Positions 6,703-15,983 of a stretch of 64,000 bases of DNA are shown here, one piece after another. How positions within the stretch are numbered: the stretch's first letter is position 1; every line of letters starts with the position of its first letter. The stretch comes from Clostridiales bacterium. Its GTDB lineage: Bacteria; Bacillota; Clostridia; Saccharofermentanales; Saccharofermentanaceae. Under the pieces are notes generated by a model. That model was not told the DNA's origin, ran no database searches, and was given only the letters and a program-made list of their open reading frames with translations. Where the stretch lies: the NCBI GenBank assembly GCA_017527865.1, contig JAFXPN010000041.1, positions 6,263 to 70,262 on the forward strand, in the 5' to 3' direction. A program made the translations under genes and the position numbers.

Positions 6703-9492
6703 TCAGAACGTCATATCAGGATCGTCCTCGATGTTGTATTTGAGCTTGAGCTTCAGGTTCAAAAGCCTGACACCCGCTCCGCCGAAATGGATCCTGAAGA
6801 CATTATAGCGTGATGTAAGCTTGAATGTAGTATCCCATGTGCCTTCCTTACCCTCGAGACCGTTCCACGCCATTACGCGGAATGGAATGCTCGTGCAGTA
6901 GATCGTCATCGGGATCTGCGCAAGCGCTCCGAGATCCGAAGTCGCCGTAAACGTTACATCATATCTTCCGAGTACCGGCGAATCGAGTCCGAAAGTAAAA
7001 TCAGCGCCGATCGATGTGTCGGTATCGACCTCGATCACGGTCTGCCCTTCTGCGTCCACTTCATAATACTTATCAACGCGCGTGACAACCGTATCATCCT
7101 TAAACGGACAGTCGATATGCTTAACCGTAACGGGATCGCCCATGAGTCTTCTCATCGCCGGCGTATCCATCGCATATCTGATGATGTTGGCCGCATTGCG
7201 CTGAAGTTCCGCGCGCGACACCTGACTGTTGTCGTTTGCCTCAAGGCATTCCATGATATCGCTGTCATCCAATGCATCATGCTCGACCTGGGAACAGACC
7301 ATGAACAGATCGCACTGAGCGCGCGCCATAAAGGAATGCTCCCTTAATGCACTGCTTAAATGAGTAAGATCGGGCACCTTGGTGATAAATGCCCACCAGT
7401 CCGTCATCACGATGCCCGTATATCCCCACTGCTGTCTTAAGATCTTGGTGTTGATCTCATAGTTCGCGGTGCCGTAGGTTCCGTTGATCTTATTGTAGAC
7501 GGACATTATGCTCCTTGCTCCGCCCTCTTTGACCGCGATCTCAAATCCCTTAAGGTAGATCTCGCGCAGAGCCTTCTCGGATACGACAGAATCCATGAGT
7601 CTCCTGTACGTCTCCCTGTTGTTGGTCGCAAAATGCTTTATCACCGCGGCGACTCCGACATCGTTGAGAGCCTTGACCTGCGCCGCGCCCATAATTCCCG
7701 TTACAAGCGGATCTTCCGAGAAATACTCGAAGTTTCTTCCGTTCAGAGGGAACCTGTGTATGTTCATGCCGGGACCTAAGATCGCATCAACCTCGTTGCT
7801 GATCATCTCCTTGCCGAAGCACTCAAACAGCTCTCCTGCAAGCTTCACATTGTATGTAGATGCAAAGCAGGCACCCGAAGGCAGCGAAAATGCTTTCTTC
7901 CCGCTGTCGATCCTCATGCCGGAAGGCCCGTCGGTACAACAGACGGTGGGAATGCCGAGTTCCATGTGGTGCTTCGATACACCGCCGAACGCTCCGCCGG
8001 TTCCCGTAGTAACTTTCGGACTGCTCATTCCCTCGCCTCTGATGATAAGGGAAAGGTCTTCGTCGCTTAACTGAGCAATAAACTCATCGAGCGTATTGCT
8101 GCCGTTTACAACATCTTTAAGCCTGATGCCTTTATCGCCGGTCTGCGCGATCTCAGGCGCAAGCCCAGATGCCCAGTCATCCTGATTCTCGTGAGTTCTG
8201 ACCGGAACATCTTCCGTTCCGCTGTTTGTCATCCTCCTGAAGCTTTCAACCGGCTTTAATGCCGATTCCAAAGCTTCGATGACCGTATCCTCTTCAAGCT
8301 CATACTGTCCGATCTTAAGCGCCGAAGCAACGTCACCGCCCATTGAGAAGACGTAAGAGCCCTTTTCGAGCATGAAGCCGGTCCCCAGACCGAGTCTTCC
8401 GTCGTCATCGTAGGATGCATACCTTGATGCGGGGATGTCGACCGTTACGGTCTGCGAATCGCCGGGAGCGAGAACATCCGTCTTCGCAAAGCCCGCAAGC
8501 ACGCGTGAAGGCTTGGAAAGCCTGCCCGAAGGAGCATCGACATAGATGAGGACCGCCTTGGCCCCCTCCCTGGCACCGGTATTGGCAACCCTGACGGAGA
8601 CCTTCGAGTCATCGCTGTTCAGGGAAAGCTCCGTTACTTCCGTATCAAAGCTCGTATAGGAAAGTCCGAAGCCGAACGGGTACTGTACGCGTTCGGGCGC
8701 AAATGTGCAGAAATACCTGTAACCCACGAAGATGTCTTCTTCATATACATCTTTAAGGCCGTCGCCTTTGCCGAAGTTTGCGGCTGACGGATAATCCTTG
8801 AGATCGAATGCGATCGTATCGGTGAGACTTCCGGAAGGAGTCGCTTTGCCCATGACCAGATCACCGGCGGCAAGTCCTCCGTACATGCCTCCCTGCCACA
8901 CATACATTACCGCAGCGGGATCATATTTAACGACCCATGACATATCGATGATGTTGCCGACATTAAGAAGGACCACTGTCTTGGAGAAAGCTTTGCAGAC
9001 GGAGGACAATAAAGCTTCTTCCCCGTCGGACAGGTAATAAGAACCCTTTTCCGCCATGTTGTCGCGGTCTTCTCCTGCCGTTCTTCCGATAACGATGACG
9101 GCAAGATCATTCTTACCTGCCATCTTCGAGGCAAGCTCTTCGCTTACGGGCATCTCCTCCTGCGACCATTTCTCCTGTCCCCAGCCGACGCCGGGATCAA
9201 CGGGGTTTTCCTTCTCCCATTCGGTATAGATGTCTATGAGTTCCTCATCGAGGACGGCGCCTGCCGCCTTCAGCCCCTCGCGTATGTCATAGACACGGTC
9301 TACATTGACCATGCCGCCCGATCCGGTCCCGCTCTTGTAGTAATTGCCCTGCATCCTTCCGAACAGGGCGATCCTGCCCGACGGCTCCGCAGGCAGCGCA
9401 TCGCGGTCATTCTTGACGAGGACCGCTCCCTGACGGGCAACTTCTATTGCTTTTTCTTTATATACATTCCAATCAAGTATTAGTTCGGGCAT
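6703..9492 (-). CDS. Glycoside hydrolase family 3 beta-glucosidase, domain-permuted type
   Basis: 929 aa. The alpha/beta-sandwich domain (VLVKNDRDALP...GFGLSYTSF) comes before the (alpha/beta)8 domain (DGPSGMRI, KHFATNNRE, nucleophile region GIVMTDWWA). GGAGGA RBS. Confidence 0.9.
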   Translation of the reverse strand: MPELILDWNVYKEKAIEVARQGAVLVKNDRDALPAEPSGRIALFGRMQGNYYKSGTGSGGMVNVDRVYDIREGLKAAGAVLDEELIDIYTEWEKENPVDPGVGWGQEKWSQEEMPVSEELASKMAGKNDLAVIVIGRTAGEDRDNMAEKGSYYLSDGEEALLSSVCKAFSKTVVLLNVGNIIDMSWVVKYDPAAVMYVWQGGMYGGLAAGDLVMGKATPSGSLTDTIAFDLKDYPSAANFGKGDGLKDVYEEDIFVGYRYFCTFAPERVQYPFGFGLSYTSFDTEVTELSLNSDDSKVSVRVANTGAREGAKAVLIYVDAPSGRLSKPSRVLAGFAKTDVLAPGDSQTVTVDIPASRYASYDDDGRLGLGTGFMLEKGSYVFSMGGDVASALKIGQYELEEDTVIEALESALKPVESFRRMTNSGTEDVPVRTHENQDDWASGLAPEIAQTGDKGIRLKDVVNGSNTLDEFIAQLSDEDLSLIIRGEGMSSPKVTTGTGGAFGGVSKHHMELGIPTVCCTDGPSGMRIDSGKKAFSLPSGACFASTYNVKLAGELFECFGKEMISNEVDAILGPGMNIHRFPLNGRNFEYFSEDPLVTGIMGAAQVKALNDVGVAAVIKHFATNNRETYRRLMDSVVSEKALREIYLKGFEIAVKEGGARSIMSVYNKINGTYGTANYEINTKILRQQWGYTGIVMTDWWAFITKVPDLTHLSSALREHSFMARAQCDLFMVCSQVEHDALDDSDIMECLEANDNSQVSRAELQRNAANIIRYAMDTPAMRRLMGDPVTVKHIDCPFKDDTVVTRVDKYYEVDAEGQTVIEVDTDTSIGADFTFGLDSPVLGRYDVTFTATSDLGALAQIPMTIYCTSIPFRVMAWNGLEGKEGTWDTTFKLTSRYNVFRIHFGGAGVRLLNLKLKLKYNIEDDPDMTF

Positions 9493-9575
9493 AAGTCGTC
9501 CTCCGATGCTTTGATGGGGTTATAACTTAATTTTACCTTGCGGCAGGCTTACTTAATAGCAGATTTTTTGTTTTT

Positions 9576-10721
9576 TTATAAATTTTCCGCTATATCATAC
9601 GGTTCGGGATCACATGCCGTATATCTTATGATCTCATCCATCCTCGCCTTGTCCATGTATGCCACGAGCGAGAAAGCCTTCCCCGATCTGCCTGCTCTTC
9701 CGGTGCGTCCTATCCTGTGAAGATAGAATTCGTTCTCATTCGGAATGTCGTGATTAAAGACTGCCTCGACGTCGTCCACATCTATTCCGCGCGCGACAAC
9801 ATCAGTAGCTACGAGAACATCGAACTTGTTCTTGCGGAACCCGTCCATGACGCGGTTCCTTCCTCCCTGGCTTATGCTGCCGTGAAGGATATCGCACGAC
9901 AGGCCGCGCGCTTCGAGCTTTCTTAACACCTTCTCGGTCTGTGTCCTTGTATTGCAGAAAACAATGGCTTTGCGGATCTGCTCCCTGTCGATCACAGTCA
10001 CTATGGCATTGACCTTATCCTTCTCAGGGATCTCGATTATATACTCGTCTATGTCGGGATGATCTTCCGCCTTGGGCATGACATCGATCTCCTTGGCATC
10101 ACTCATAAACTGCCAGGTAATATCCAGTATCTCGCGCGGCATCGTGGCGGAGAACAGAGCCATCTGCTTGTCCTTCGGGGTAAGTTCGATCACTCTTCTT
10201 ATATCCTTGATAAAACCCATCTTGAGCATCTCATCGGCTTCATCCAGCACCAGAGTATAGATCTGACTTATGTCTATCATCTTTCTTGACGCAAGATCGA
10301 GAAGCCTTCCCGGCGTCGCTATCACGACCTGCGGATTCTTCTTAAGCTTGTTCTCCTGGGTCCTTATATTCTGTCCGCCTATGACTGCACAGACGTTGAA
10401 TCCCTTTATGAACCTTCCGAGGTTCTTGAATTCCGTTGCGATCTGGAGCGCCAGCTCCCTTGTCGGGCAAAGGATAAGCGCCTGCACAAAATCCACATCC
10501 ATGTTGAGATATTCAAGTATGGGAATGGCGAAGGCAAAAGTCTTTCCTGTTCCCGTAGGAGCCTTTGCGATGAGGCTCTCATTGTCCATGAGAAGGGGTA
10601 TGGCTTTCTGCTGAACCGTCGTGGGTCTCTTAACACCCATCTTGCGCAGCGAGTCGCTTACTTCCTTGGACAGATCAAAATCTTTAAAGGTTAATTCTTT
10701 TTCATTCGATTCATCATTCAT
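9576..10721 (-). CDS. DEAD-box ATP-dependent RNA helicase
   Basis: Contains a Q-motif region, APTGTGKT, PTRELA, VLDEADEML, SAT and HRIGRTGRAG. Confidence 0.9.
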   Translation of the reverse strand: MNDESNEKELTFKDFDLSKEVSDSLRKMGVKRPTTVQQKAIPLLMDNESLIAKAPTGTGKTFAFAIPILEYLNMDVDFVQALILCPTRELALQIATEFKNLGRFIKGFNVCAVIGGQNIRTQENKLKKNPQVVIATPGRLLDLASRKMIDISQIYTLVLDEADEMLKMGFIKDIRRVIELTPKDKQMALFSATMPREILDITWQFMSDAKEIDVMPKAEDHPDIDEYIIEIPEKDKVNAIVTVIDREQIRKAIVFCNTRTQTEKVLRKLEARGLSCDILHGSISQGGRNRVMDGFRKNKFDVLVATDVVARGIDVDDVEAVFNHDIPNENEFYLHRIGRTGRAGRSGKAFSLVAYMDKARMDEIIRYTACDPEPYDIAENL

Positions 10722-10792
10722 AACAGGTTCTATTATACATTACGGCTTTTTAAGCGCTATACTCTAGAAAAATGCTTTTTGGAGATATCGAT

Positions 10793-12622
10793 ATGGCAAA
10801 AAGGGTTTTTCTTGTAGTACTTGACAGTTTCGGCTTGGGGGGCGCGCCTGACGAAGCGGCATTCGGTGATGAGGGGAGCAATACTCTCGCGGCGGTCCTT
10901 TCCGACTCCGACAGACCTTTTCCCGGACTTTCCCGCATGGGGCTTTTCGATATCGACGGAGAGGATGACCCCCGCATCATAAAATGGAAAGCCGCTCAGG
11001 AATCCCGTCCGCGCCCCATCGGTTCATACGGACGCCTGCGCGAACTGTCGGCGGGAAAAGATTCCACCATAGGACACTGGGAGATCGCGGGCGTCTATTC
11101 TTCATCCGCGCAGCCCGTGTATCCCGACGGATTTCCCTCTTACATACTCGAGAAGATAACCGCCGCATCCGGAAGAGGCATCCTTTGCAACAAGCCCTAC
11201 AGCGGCACGGAAGTCATCAAAGACTACGGCGAAGAGCATATGAAGACCGGAGACCTCATTGTCTATACCTCCGCGGATTCCGTCCTGCAGATCGCCGCTC
11301 ACGAGGATGTGGTCCCCCTGGAAGAACTCTACGATATCTGCGGGAAGTGCCGTGAATTCATGGCCGGCGCCGATGCAGTAGGAAGAGTCATCGCAAGACC
11401 TTTCACAGGGTCTGCCGAAGAAGGCTTTACCCGCACTTCAAACCGCAAGGACTATACACTTCCTTCGCCCGGCACAACTATGCTCGATATCCTTAAGGAC
11501 CAGGGAATGGACGTGATTTCCGTGGGAAAGATAAAAGACCTTTTCGCGTACAGGGGTTTGACGGATACGATCGCGACCGCAGACAACACAGACGGGATAA
11601 AACGGCTCATGGACATGCTCGATGTCGACTTTAACGGACTGTGCTTCGTAAACCTCGTCGACTTTGACATGAAGTACGGACACCGCAACGATATTCACGG
11701 CTATGCGGAAGCCATGCATGAATTTGACGATGCGCTGGAAAAGATAATCCCCCTTCTTAACAGTGATGATCTGCTGATCCTGACCGCCGACCACGGATGC
11801 GATCCGTCGACTCCCTCGACCGACCACTCGAGAGAATGCGTGCCGCTTCTGATATACGGCGAAGGGTTTAATACACCGCGCAACATGGGTGAACTCGCAG
11901 GATTCGGCGTCATAACTTCGATAGTCTTTAACGCCCTGCTTGCGAGGGAGTATCCTTCTGCCTTGCCTCATCTGCCTCATGAATTGTCAGATGATAATAT
12001 CTATTCCTATGTGGATATGACCAACCTTAAAAAGACCGCGACGACCGCCGATATCTTTAAGCTCGTCGATGATGCCATCGACAGGGGCGCAGCTTCGGTC
12101 TGTGTCCAGCCGTGTTTTGTCGCAGATGCCGCTTCGCGCGCAGAGGGGAGGCTCAACATCTGCACGGTTATTGGATTCCCGAACGGCTATTCAACAACCG
12201 CGGTCAAGAAATACGAGGCCGAAGATGCGATCGCGAACGGCGCCTCGGAGATCGACATGGTGATAAACATCAACTTCATAAAGTCGAGAAGATTCGACGA
12301 AGCGGCCCTCGAGATAGGGATACTTGCGGAAGCGGTGCATAAAAAGGGCGCGATCCTTAAGGTGATCATAGAGACCTGCGACCTCACTGAAACCGAGAAG
12401 AAGATGCTGTGCAATATCGTAACGGTCCAGGGCGCGGATTTCATCAAGACATCGACCGGCTTCGGTTCAGCCGGTGCCACCGTCGAAGACGTCAGGCTGA
12501 TGCGCCATTACTGCGGCTCAATGGTGCAGGTCAAAGCTGCCGGAGGAATCCGGGACGAAGCCACAGCCCGTGCGATGATCGAAGCCGGCGCCTCCCGTAT
12601 CGGCGCTTCGGGATTGAAGTAA
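10793..12622 (+). CDS. Fused phosphopentomutase (DeoB) / deoxyribose-phosphate aldolase (DeoC)
   Basis: A single uninterrupted frame. The N-terminal ~390 aa carry DeoB motifs: VVLDSFGLGGAPD, GKDSTIGHWEIAG, YTSADSVLQIAAHEDVVPLEELY, NLVDFDMKYGHRND and LTADHGCDP. The C-terminal ~215 aa carry DeoC motifs: SVCVQP, TVIGFPNGY, ASEIDMVINI and the Schiff-base Lys in ADFIKTSTGF. The ATG at 10793 has GGAGA 7 nt upstream. The track start at 10772 is also possible. Confidence 0.85.
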   Translation: MAKRVFLVVLDSFGLGGAPDEAAFGDEGSNTLAAVLSDSDRPFPGLSRMGLFDIDGEDDPRIIKWKAAQESRPRPIGSYGRLRELSAGKDSTIGHWEIAGVYSSSAQPVYPDGFPSYILEKITAASGRGILCNKPYSGTEVIKDYGEEHMKTGDLIVYTSADSVLQIAAHEDVVPLEELYDICGKCREFMAGADAVGRVIARPFTGSAEEGFTRTSNRKDYTLPSPGTTMLDILKDQGMDVISVGKIKDLFAYRGLTDTIATADNTDGIKRLMDMLDVDFNGLCFVNLVDFDMKYGHRNDIHGYAEAMHEFDDALEKIIPLLNSDDLLILTADHGCDPSTPSTDHSRECVPLLIYGEGFNTPRNMGELAGFGVITSIVFNALLAREYPSALPHLPHELSDDNIYSYVDMTNLKKTATTADIFKLVDDAIDRGAASVCVQPCFVADAASRAEGRLNICTVIGFPNGYSTTAVKKYEAEDAIANGASEIDMVININFIKSRRFDEAALEIGILAEAVHKKGAILKVIIETCDLTETEKKMLCNIVTVQGADFIKTSTGFGSAGATVEDVRLMRHYCGSMVQVKAAGGIRDEATARAMIEAGASRIGASGLK

Positions 12623-12655
12623 TGTATATGTAAATCAGCTGCCTATACCCGTGCC

Positions 12656-12840
12656 GTGTGCCAACAGGCGTTCCAAAATTCAAGAATTGGCACACGATTT
12701 TGGCAAAATAGCCTGTTTTTGCCAATTATGCGTTCCACTGGAGGTTTTGGAACGCGGTTTGGCACAACCCCTCCGTTAGCGGCCGGAAGTTAATGTTTCC
12801 GTTTATTTTTTTGCAAAAACATTAACCCTTACATTAACTT
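12656..12840. repeat. Cluster of nested and mutually exclusive inverted/direct repeats in the deoBC-downstream intergenic region
   Basis: Five pairings are visible:
- GTGTGCCAA (12656-12664) with TTGGCACAC (12687-12695), plus a third TTGGCACA at 12759-12766.
- TTGGCAAAA (12700-12708) with TTTTGCCAA (12717-12725).
- GCGTTCCAAAA (12668-12678) with TTTTGGAACGC (12745-12755).
- A second GCGTTCCA (12730-12737) competing for the same partner.
- GTTAATGTTT (12789-12798) with AAACATTAAC (12817-12826), plus a second ACATTAACTT at 12831-12840. Confidence 0.6.
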
Positions 12841-12956
12841 ACCGTCACAAGCGTTCTCAATTTGTTCTTAATTGCGTTTATAGTCCCATTAATGGCACAT
12901 ACATCGTGTTATACTCCTCGCAAACAAACAAAAGACCGTTTACAAGGAGTAAGTGT

Positions 12957-13250
12957 ATGTCACCGCTTGATATGTCCGTACTTTTCTTCTTCGCACTTGC
13001 CGCCGTCAAAGCATTCATGGATTCATTGGATTACTGGAGGGACAGGGACGACGAAGCCACTATGGATTACATGATAGATCAGATCAACAAAGCAAGATCC
13101 CGGCGCCGCGCGGCAAATACAATACCCGCTGTTATTCCATACAAGACAGTCCGCGCGGATATCAGTATACGTTCTGCCGTAAGGACGCCCTCAACAAAGA
13201 TCCTCCAAGAACAAGAGGGCGTCCGCAGGCAGACTGAAAGAGCGGCCTGA
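12957..13250 (+). CDS. Hypothetical small protein (97 aa), possible N-terminal membrane helix
   Basis: AAGGAG lies 7 nt upstream of the ATG at 12957. A TGtTATACT extended -10 sits at 12907-12915. The N-terminus (VLFFFALAAVKAF) is hydrophobic. No homology recognised. Confidence 0.35.
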   Translation: MSPLDMSVLFFFALAAVKAFMDSLDYWRDRDDEATMDYMIDQINKARSRRRAANTIPAVIPYKTVRADISIRSAVRTPSTKILQEQEGVRRQTERAA

Positions 13251-13291
13251 ACAAGACCGCTCTCATTACGCTTATCGTTTATGCATGCTGC

Positions 13292-14236
13292 TTAATATGC
13301 CAGCTGATTCTTACCGTTTCTCTTGGCTTTATAGAGCTTGCGGTCTGCTGCGGATATGATCTGCGACAGATCCGATCCCTTGGAATAGGTTGCGACACCC
13401 GCGGATATCGTGACCTTCTCGAACTTCGATTCACCGACGGGGACAGGTTCTCCGTACACGCGGGAAGAGATATTCTTGGCAATGGCAACCGCTGCAGTCT
13501 TGTCACAGTCGGGCAGAAGGACCGCGAACTCATCTCCGCCCGTCCTGAAGCAGATATCGCTCTTGCGCGTACAGCCCAGCATCGCTGTCGCAACATGCCT
13601 TAAGACGTCATCGCCCTTAGGCTGGCCGAATTCGTCATTGATATACTTCATGCTGTCAACATCGATGACTATCAGCGAGAATGTTGTAGAGCCTTCGGGA
13701 CGTCTGTCGTATATGCTGCATACTCTTTCCAGATTCTCATAAAAATATCTTCTGTTATAAAGTCCGGTTACATCATCAACACGCGTCAGGCGCTGAACCT
13801 TCTGATATGAACGCTCCAGTTCCTTCTCAATCTTCTTTATATCGGTAACATCCTTGGAGATTCCCCAAGTACCGATGATCTCTCCGTTCTCATTGTAAAA
13901 AGGATATTTAGACGCGATGAAATAACGGGTCTCTTCGTCTTCCTTTTCCCACTCTTCCTCGATGTTGATCATGGGTTCGCCGCTCTCTATGATCTGCTCC
14001 TCGGTCTGCTTCGCAACATCAGCAAATTCCTTGGGGAAATAATCGTAATCCGTCTTTCCGTACATTTCAGAAGGAGACTTAGCGCCCAGCTGATCCGCGT
14101 GCTGCTGACTGTTCCAGATGAACCTCGAATCCCTGTCCTTGAAGTAGATGGTATCGGCGCAATAATTCTTGATCGTATTTACTACGAGCATATCGATCTT
14201 ATCAGGATCTATATTAAAGTCTTTCTTCTTAGCCAT
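13292..14236 (-). CDS. PAS-domain diguanylate cyclase (GGDEF)
   Basis: 314 aa with an N-terminal PAS-like region and a GGDEF domain: YNRRYF, VIDVDSMKYINDEFG, and RTGGDEFAVLL with an intact GGDEF motif. GGAGGA RBS. Confidence 0.85.
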   Translation of the reverse strand: MAKKKDFNIDPDKIDMLVVNTIKNYCADTIYFKDRDSRFIWNSQQHADQLGAKSPSEMYGKTDYDYFPKEFADVAKQTEEQIIESGEPMINIEEEWEKEDEETRYFIASKYPFYNENGEIIGTWGISKDVTDIKKIEKELERSYQKVQRLTRVDDVTGLYNRRYFYENLERVCSIYDRRPEGSTTFSLIVIDVDSMKYINDEFGQPKGDDVLRHVATAMLGCTRKSDICFRTGGDEFAVLLPDCDKTAAVAIAKNISSRVYGEPVPVGESKFEKVTISAGVATYSKGSDLSQIISAADRKLYKAKRNGKNQLAY

Positions 14237-14325
14237 AGTGTCCTCCTCACGAGCAGGATCAAAATATCAATAAAATTTGTCTTATGATAACACAACAGCA
14301 AGCATTTTACAAAAGACCCGGCTGT

Positions 14326-15243
14326 TCACTTCATCAATTTGAACACCGCTTCGATCCCGAATCTTCCGTCCCGTACATATGCGGTAATCCGGCCGTTCAT
14401 CGCCTCGACCAGCGTCTTTACGACCGACAGTCCTACCCCGGAGGATCCTGTATGCCTCGACGCATCACCTTTGTAGTATCTGTCAAATACTCTGCCGGCA
14501 TCAGGCATCTGCCCCTCCTTAAGAAGGTTTTCCATAACGATGCTGACCGTCCCTGCGCTGTCATCCGTAAACAGTTTCAGACTTACATCTCCTGCACCGT
14601 GATAGAGGCTGTTGCGTATGAGGTTTTGCATGATCCTCTTAAGCGACTGCTCATTACCGATCATCTTCACGCCCTCTTTGACGTCAACATCCACCTCATA
14701 GCCCGCTTTACTGAAGTCATCATAATACTCGAAAAGGGTTTCCAGCACGATCTTCGAACAGTCGATCGGCTCAAAATCGAGCTTAAAATTGACATTCGAT
14801 ACTTTTGTATACAGGAACATGGTCTCCAGTATCTCGGACAGCGAATCTATCCTGCCTCGGATTATCGACGAATACCTCGCTCTCTCCTCAGGATCCTCAG
14901 TCTGTTCCAGTAATTCGAAATAGCCCTTAAGAGAAGTCAGAGGAGTCCTTATGTCGTGACTCATGTTTGTCAGTGTTTCCTTGATCTCCTTATCCTCGGC
15001 GATTATCTTCCTGTGCTTCTCGTCATTGGAATCCAGGATCTCATTGATATCCGATGCAAGTCTCCTGAAACTCCGTGACTTGCCGTAAAAAGACAGTCTC
15101 TTATTTGTCTCGTTGCGCGATATAAAATGAACCTGAGACCTGATGCTCTTCATCTGCGATAGAAAAGATATCAGTATAAAAGACAGGGCCAGTGTTACAC
15201 AGACCAGCACGGTTATTATGGTGATGAGCAAGGGATCATTCAT
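14326..15243 (-). CDS. Sensor histidine kinase with a single N-terminal TM helix and no extracytoplasmic domain
   Basis: H-box MSHDIRTPLTSL. The HATPase region has N-box LIRNSLYH and G-boxes GSSGVGLSVV. ATGA overlap with the upstream permease gene. Confidence 0.85.
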   Translation of the reverse strand: MNDPLLITIITVLVCVTLALSFILISFLSQMKSIRSQVHFISRNETNKRLSFYGKSRSFRRLASDINEILDSNDEKHRKIIAEDKEIKETLTNMSHDIRTPLTSLKGYFELLEQTEDPEERARYSSIIRGRIDSLSEILETMFLYTKVSNVNFKLDFEPIDCSKIVLETLFEYYDDFSKAGYEVDVDVKEGVKMIGNEQSLKRIMQNLIRNSLYHGAGDVSLKLFTDDSAGTVSIVMENLLKEGQMPDAGRVFDRYYKGDASRHTGSSGVGLSVVKTLVEAMNGRITAYVRDGRFGIEAVFKLMK

Positions 15244-15983
15244 ACACGGTCCGTCCTTCCCGATCTTATGCCCAGAGCGGTGATCAGAGCCGCGACAGGT
15301 ACAATAAGAATAAACACAAGTATGATATCGTTAAGGCCCCGTGGCAGCGATCCTCCGGATATAGACTCGTAACCTGCGGCAAATCCCTTCATCACAAAAG
15401 CTGCGACCACCCCCGTTATTCCCGCGAGGAGAGAGAAGATAGCGGAGACATAAGCCTTCGGCGTAAACTTCGATATGAGATAAACGATAAGGCACGAGAA
15501 CATGTTCAGAGACACTACACCTTCATAAACTCTCAGAGGGACTATATCACCGTTTCTGATCACCGACATAAGCTCCGGCATGTTGCCTATCCCCGACATA
15601 AAGATCCCGGGAATGATCAAAAGGTCTATAAGAGCCGTAAACACGGCAATCCCCGTCAATTCTGACAGGCAGAGCTTAAACCGGTTTCTTACAGCTCCTT
15701 CGATATTGACCGGAAGTCTGAATTTGCGATAATCACATGTCGTGTATATTACTGTTACCGTGATGACAAAACTGACCGCAGCTGTAAACGAGACGGTAAA
15801 CAAGGATGCATTAAGAACAGCCGGCGAAATACCGTCGTACATATACATACTTCCGGACGTCATCAATATATAGCCTATCGATAAAATTACGGATAATATC
15901 AGCACTCCTGCAAGACACGAAGCCTTGAGCACACGGCTCCGCGTCAGTCTTATGAGTTCGATGCGGACCAAATTCCCGAACAT
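15240..15983 (-). CDS. ABC-2 type permease (second membrane subunit)
   Basis: 247 aa with about 6 TM helices. Start and stop overlap the neighbouring genes. Confidence 0.55.
   Translation of the reverse strand: MFGNLVRIELIRLTRSRVLKASCLAGVLILSVILSIGYILMTSGSMYMYDGISPAVLNASLFTVSFTAAVSFVITVTVIYTTCDYRKFRLPVNIEGAVRNRFKLCLSELTGIAVFTALIDLLIIPGIFMSGIGNMPELMSVIRNGDIVPLRVYEGVVSLNMFSCLIVYLISKFTPKAYVSAIFSLLAGITGVVAAFVMKGFAAGYESISGGSLPRGLNDIILVFILIVPVAALITALGIRSGRTDRV

Noticed and set aside
12687-12705. A sigma-54-like TGGCAC...TTGGCA string downstream of deoBC, and a second TTGGCAC at 12759.
   Set aside because: The GG-to-GC spacing is 14 nt at the first site and 18 nt at the second, instead of the required 12. 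No enhancer-binding protein gene lies nearby. The motif is better explained as part of the inverted-repeat set.
13239-13263. A 7-bp hairpin (AGAGCGG...CCGCTCT) between the convergent small ORF and the GGDEF gene, considered as a bidirectional terminator.
   Set aside because: The stem is short, the loop is 11 nt, and there is no U-tract on either strand. It is not reportable as a terminator.
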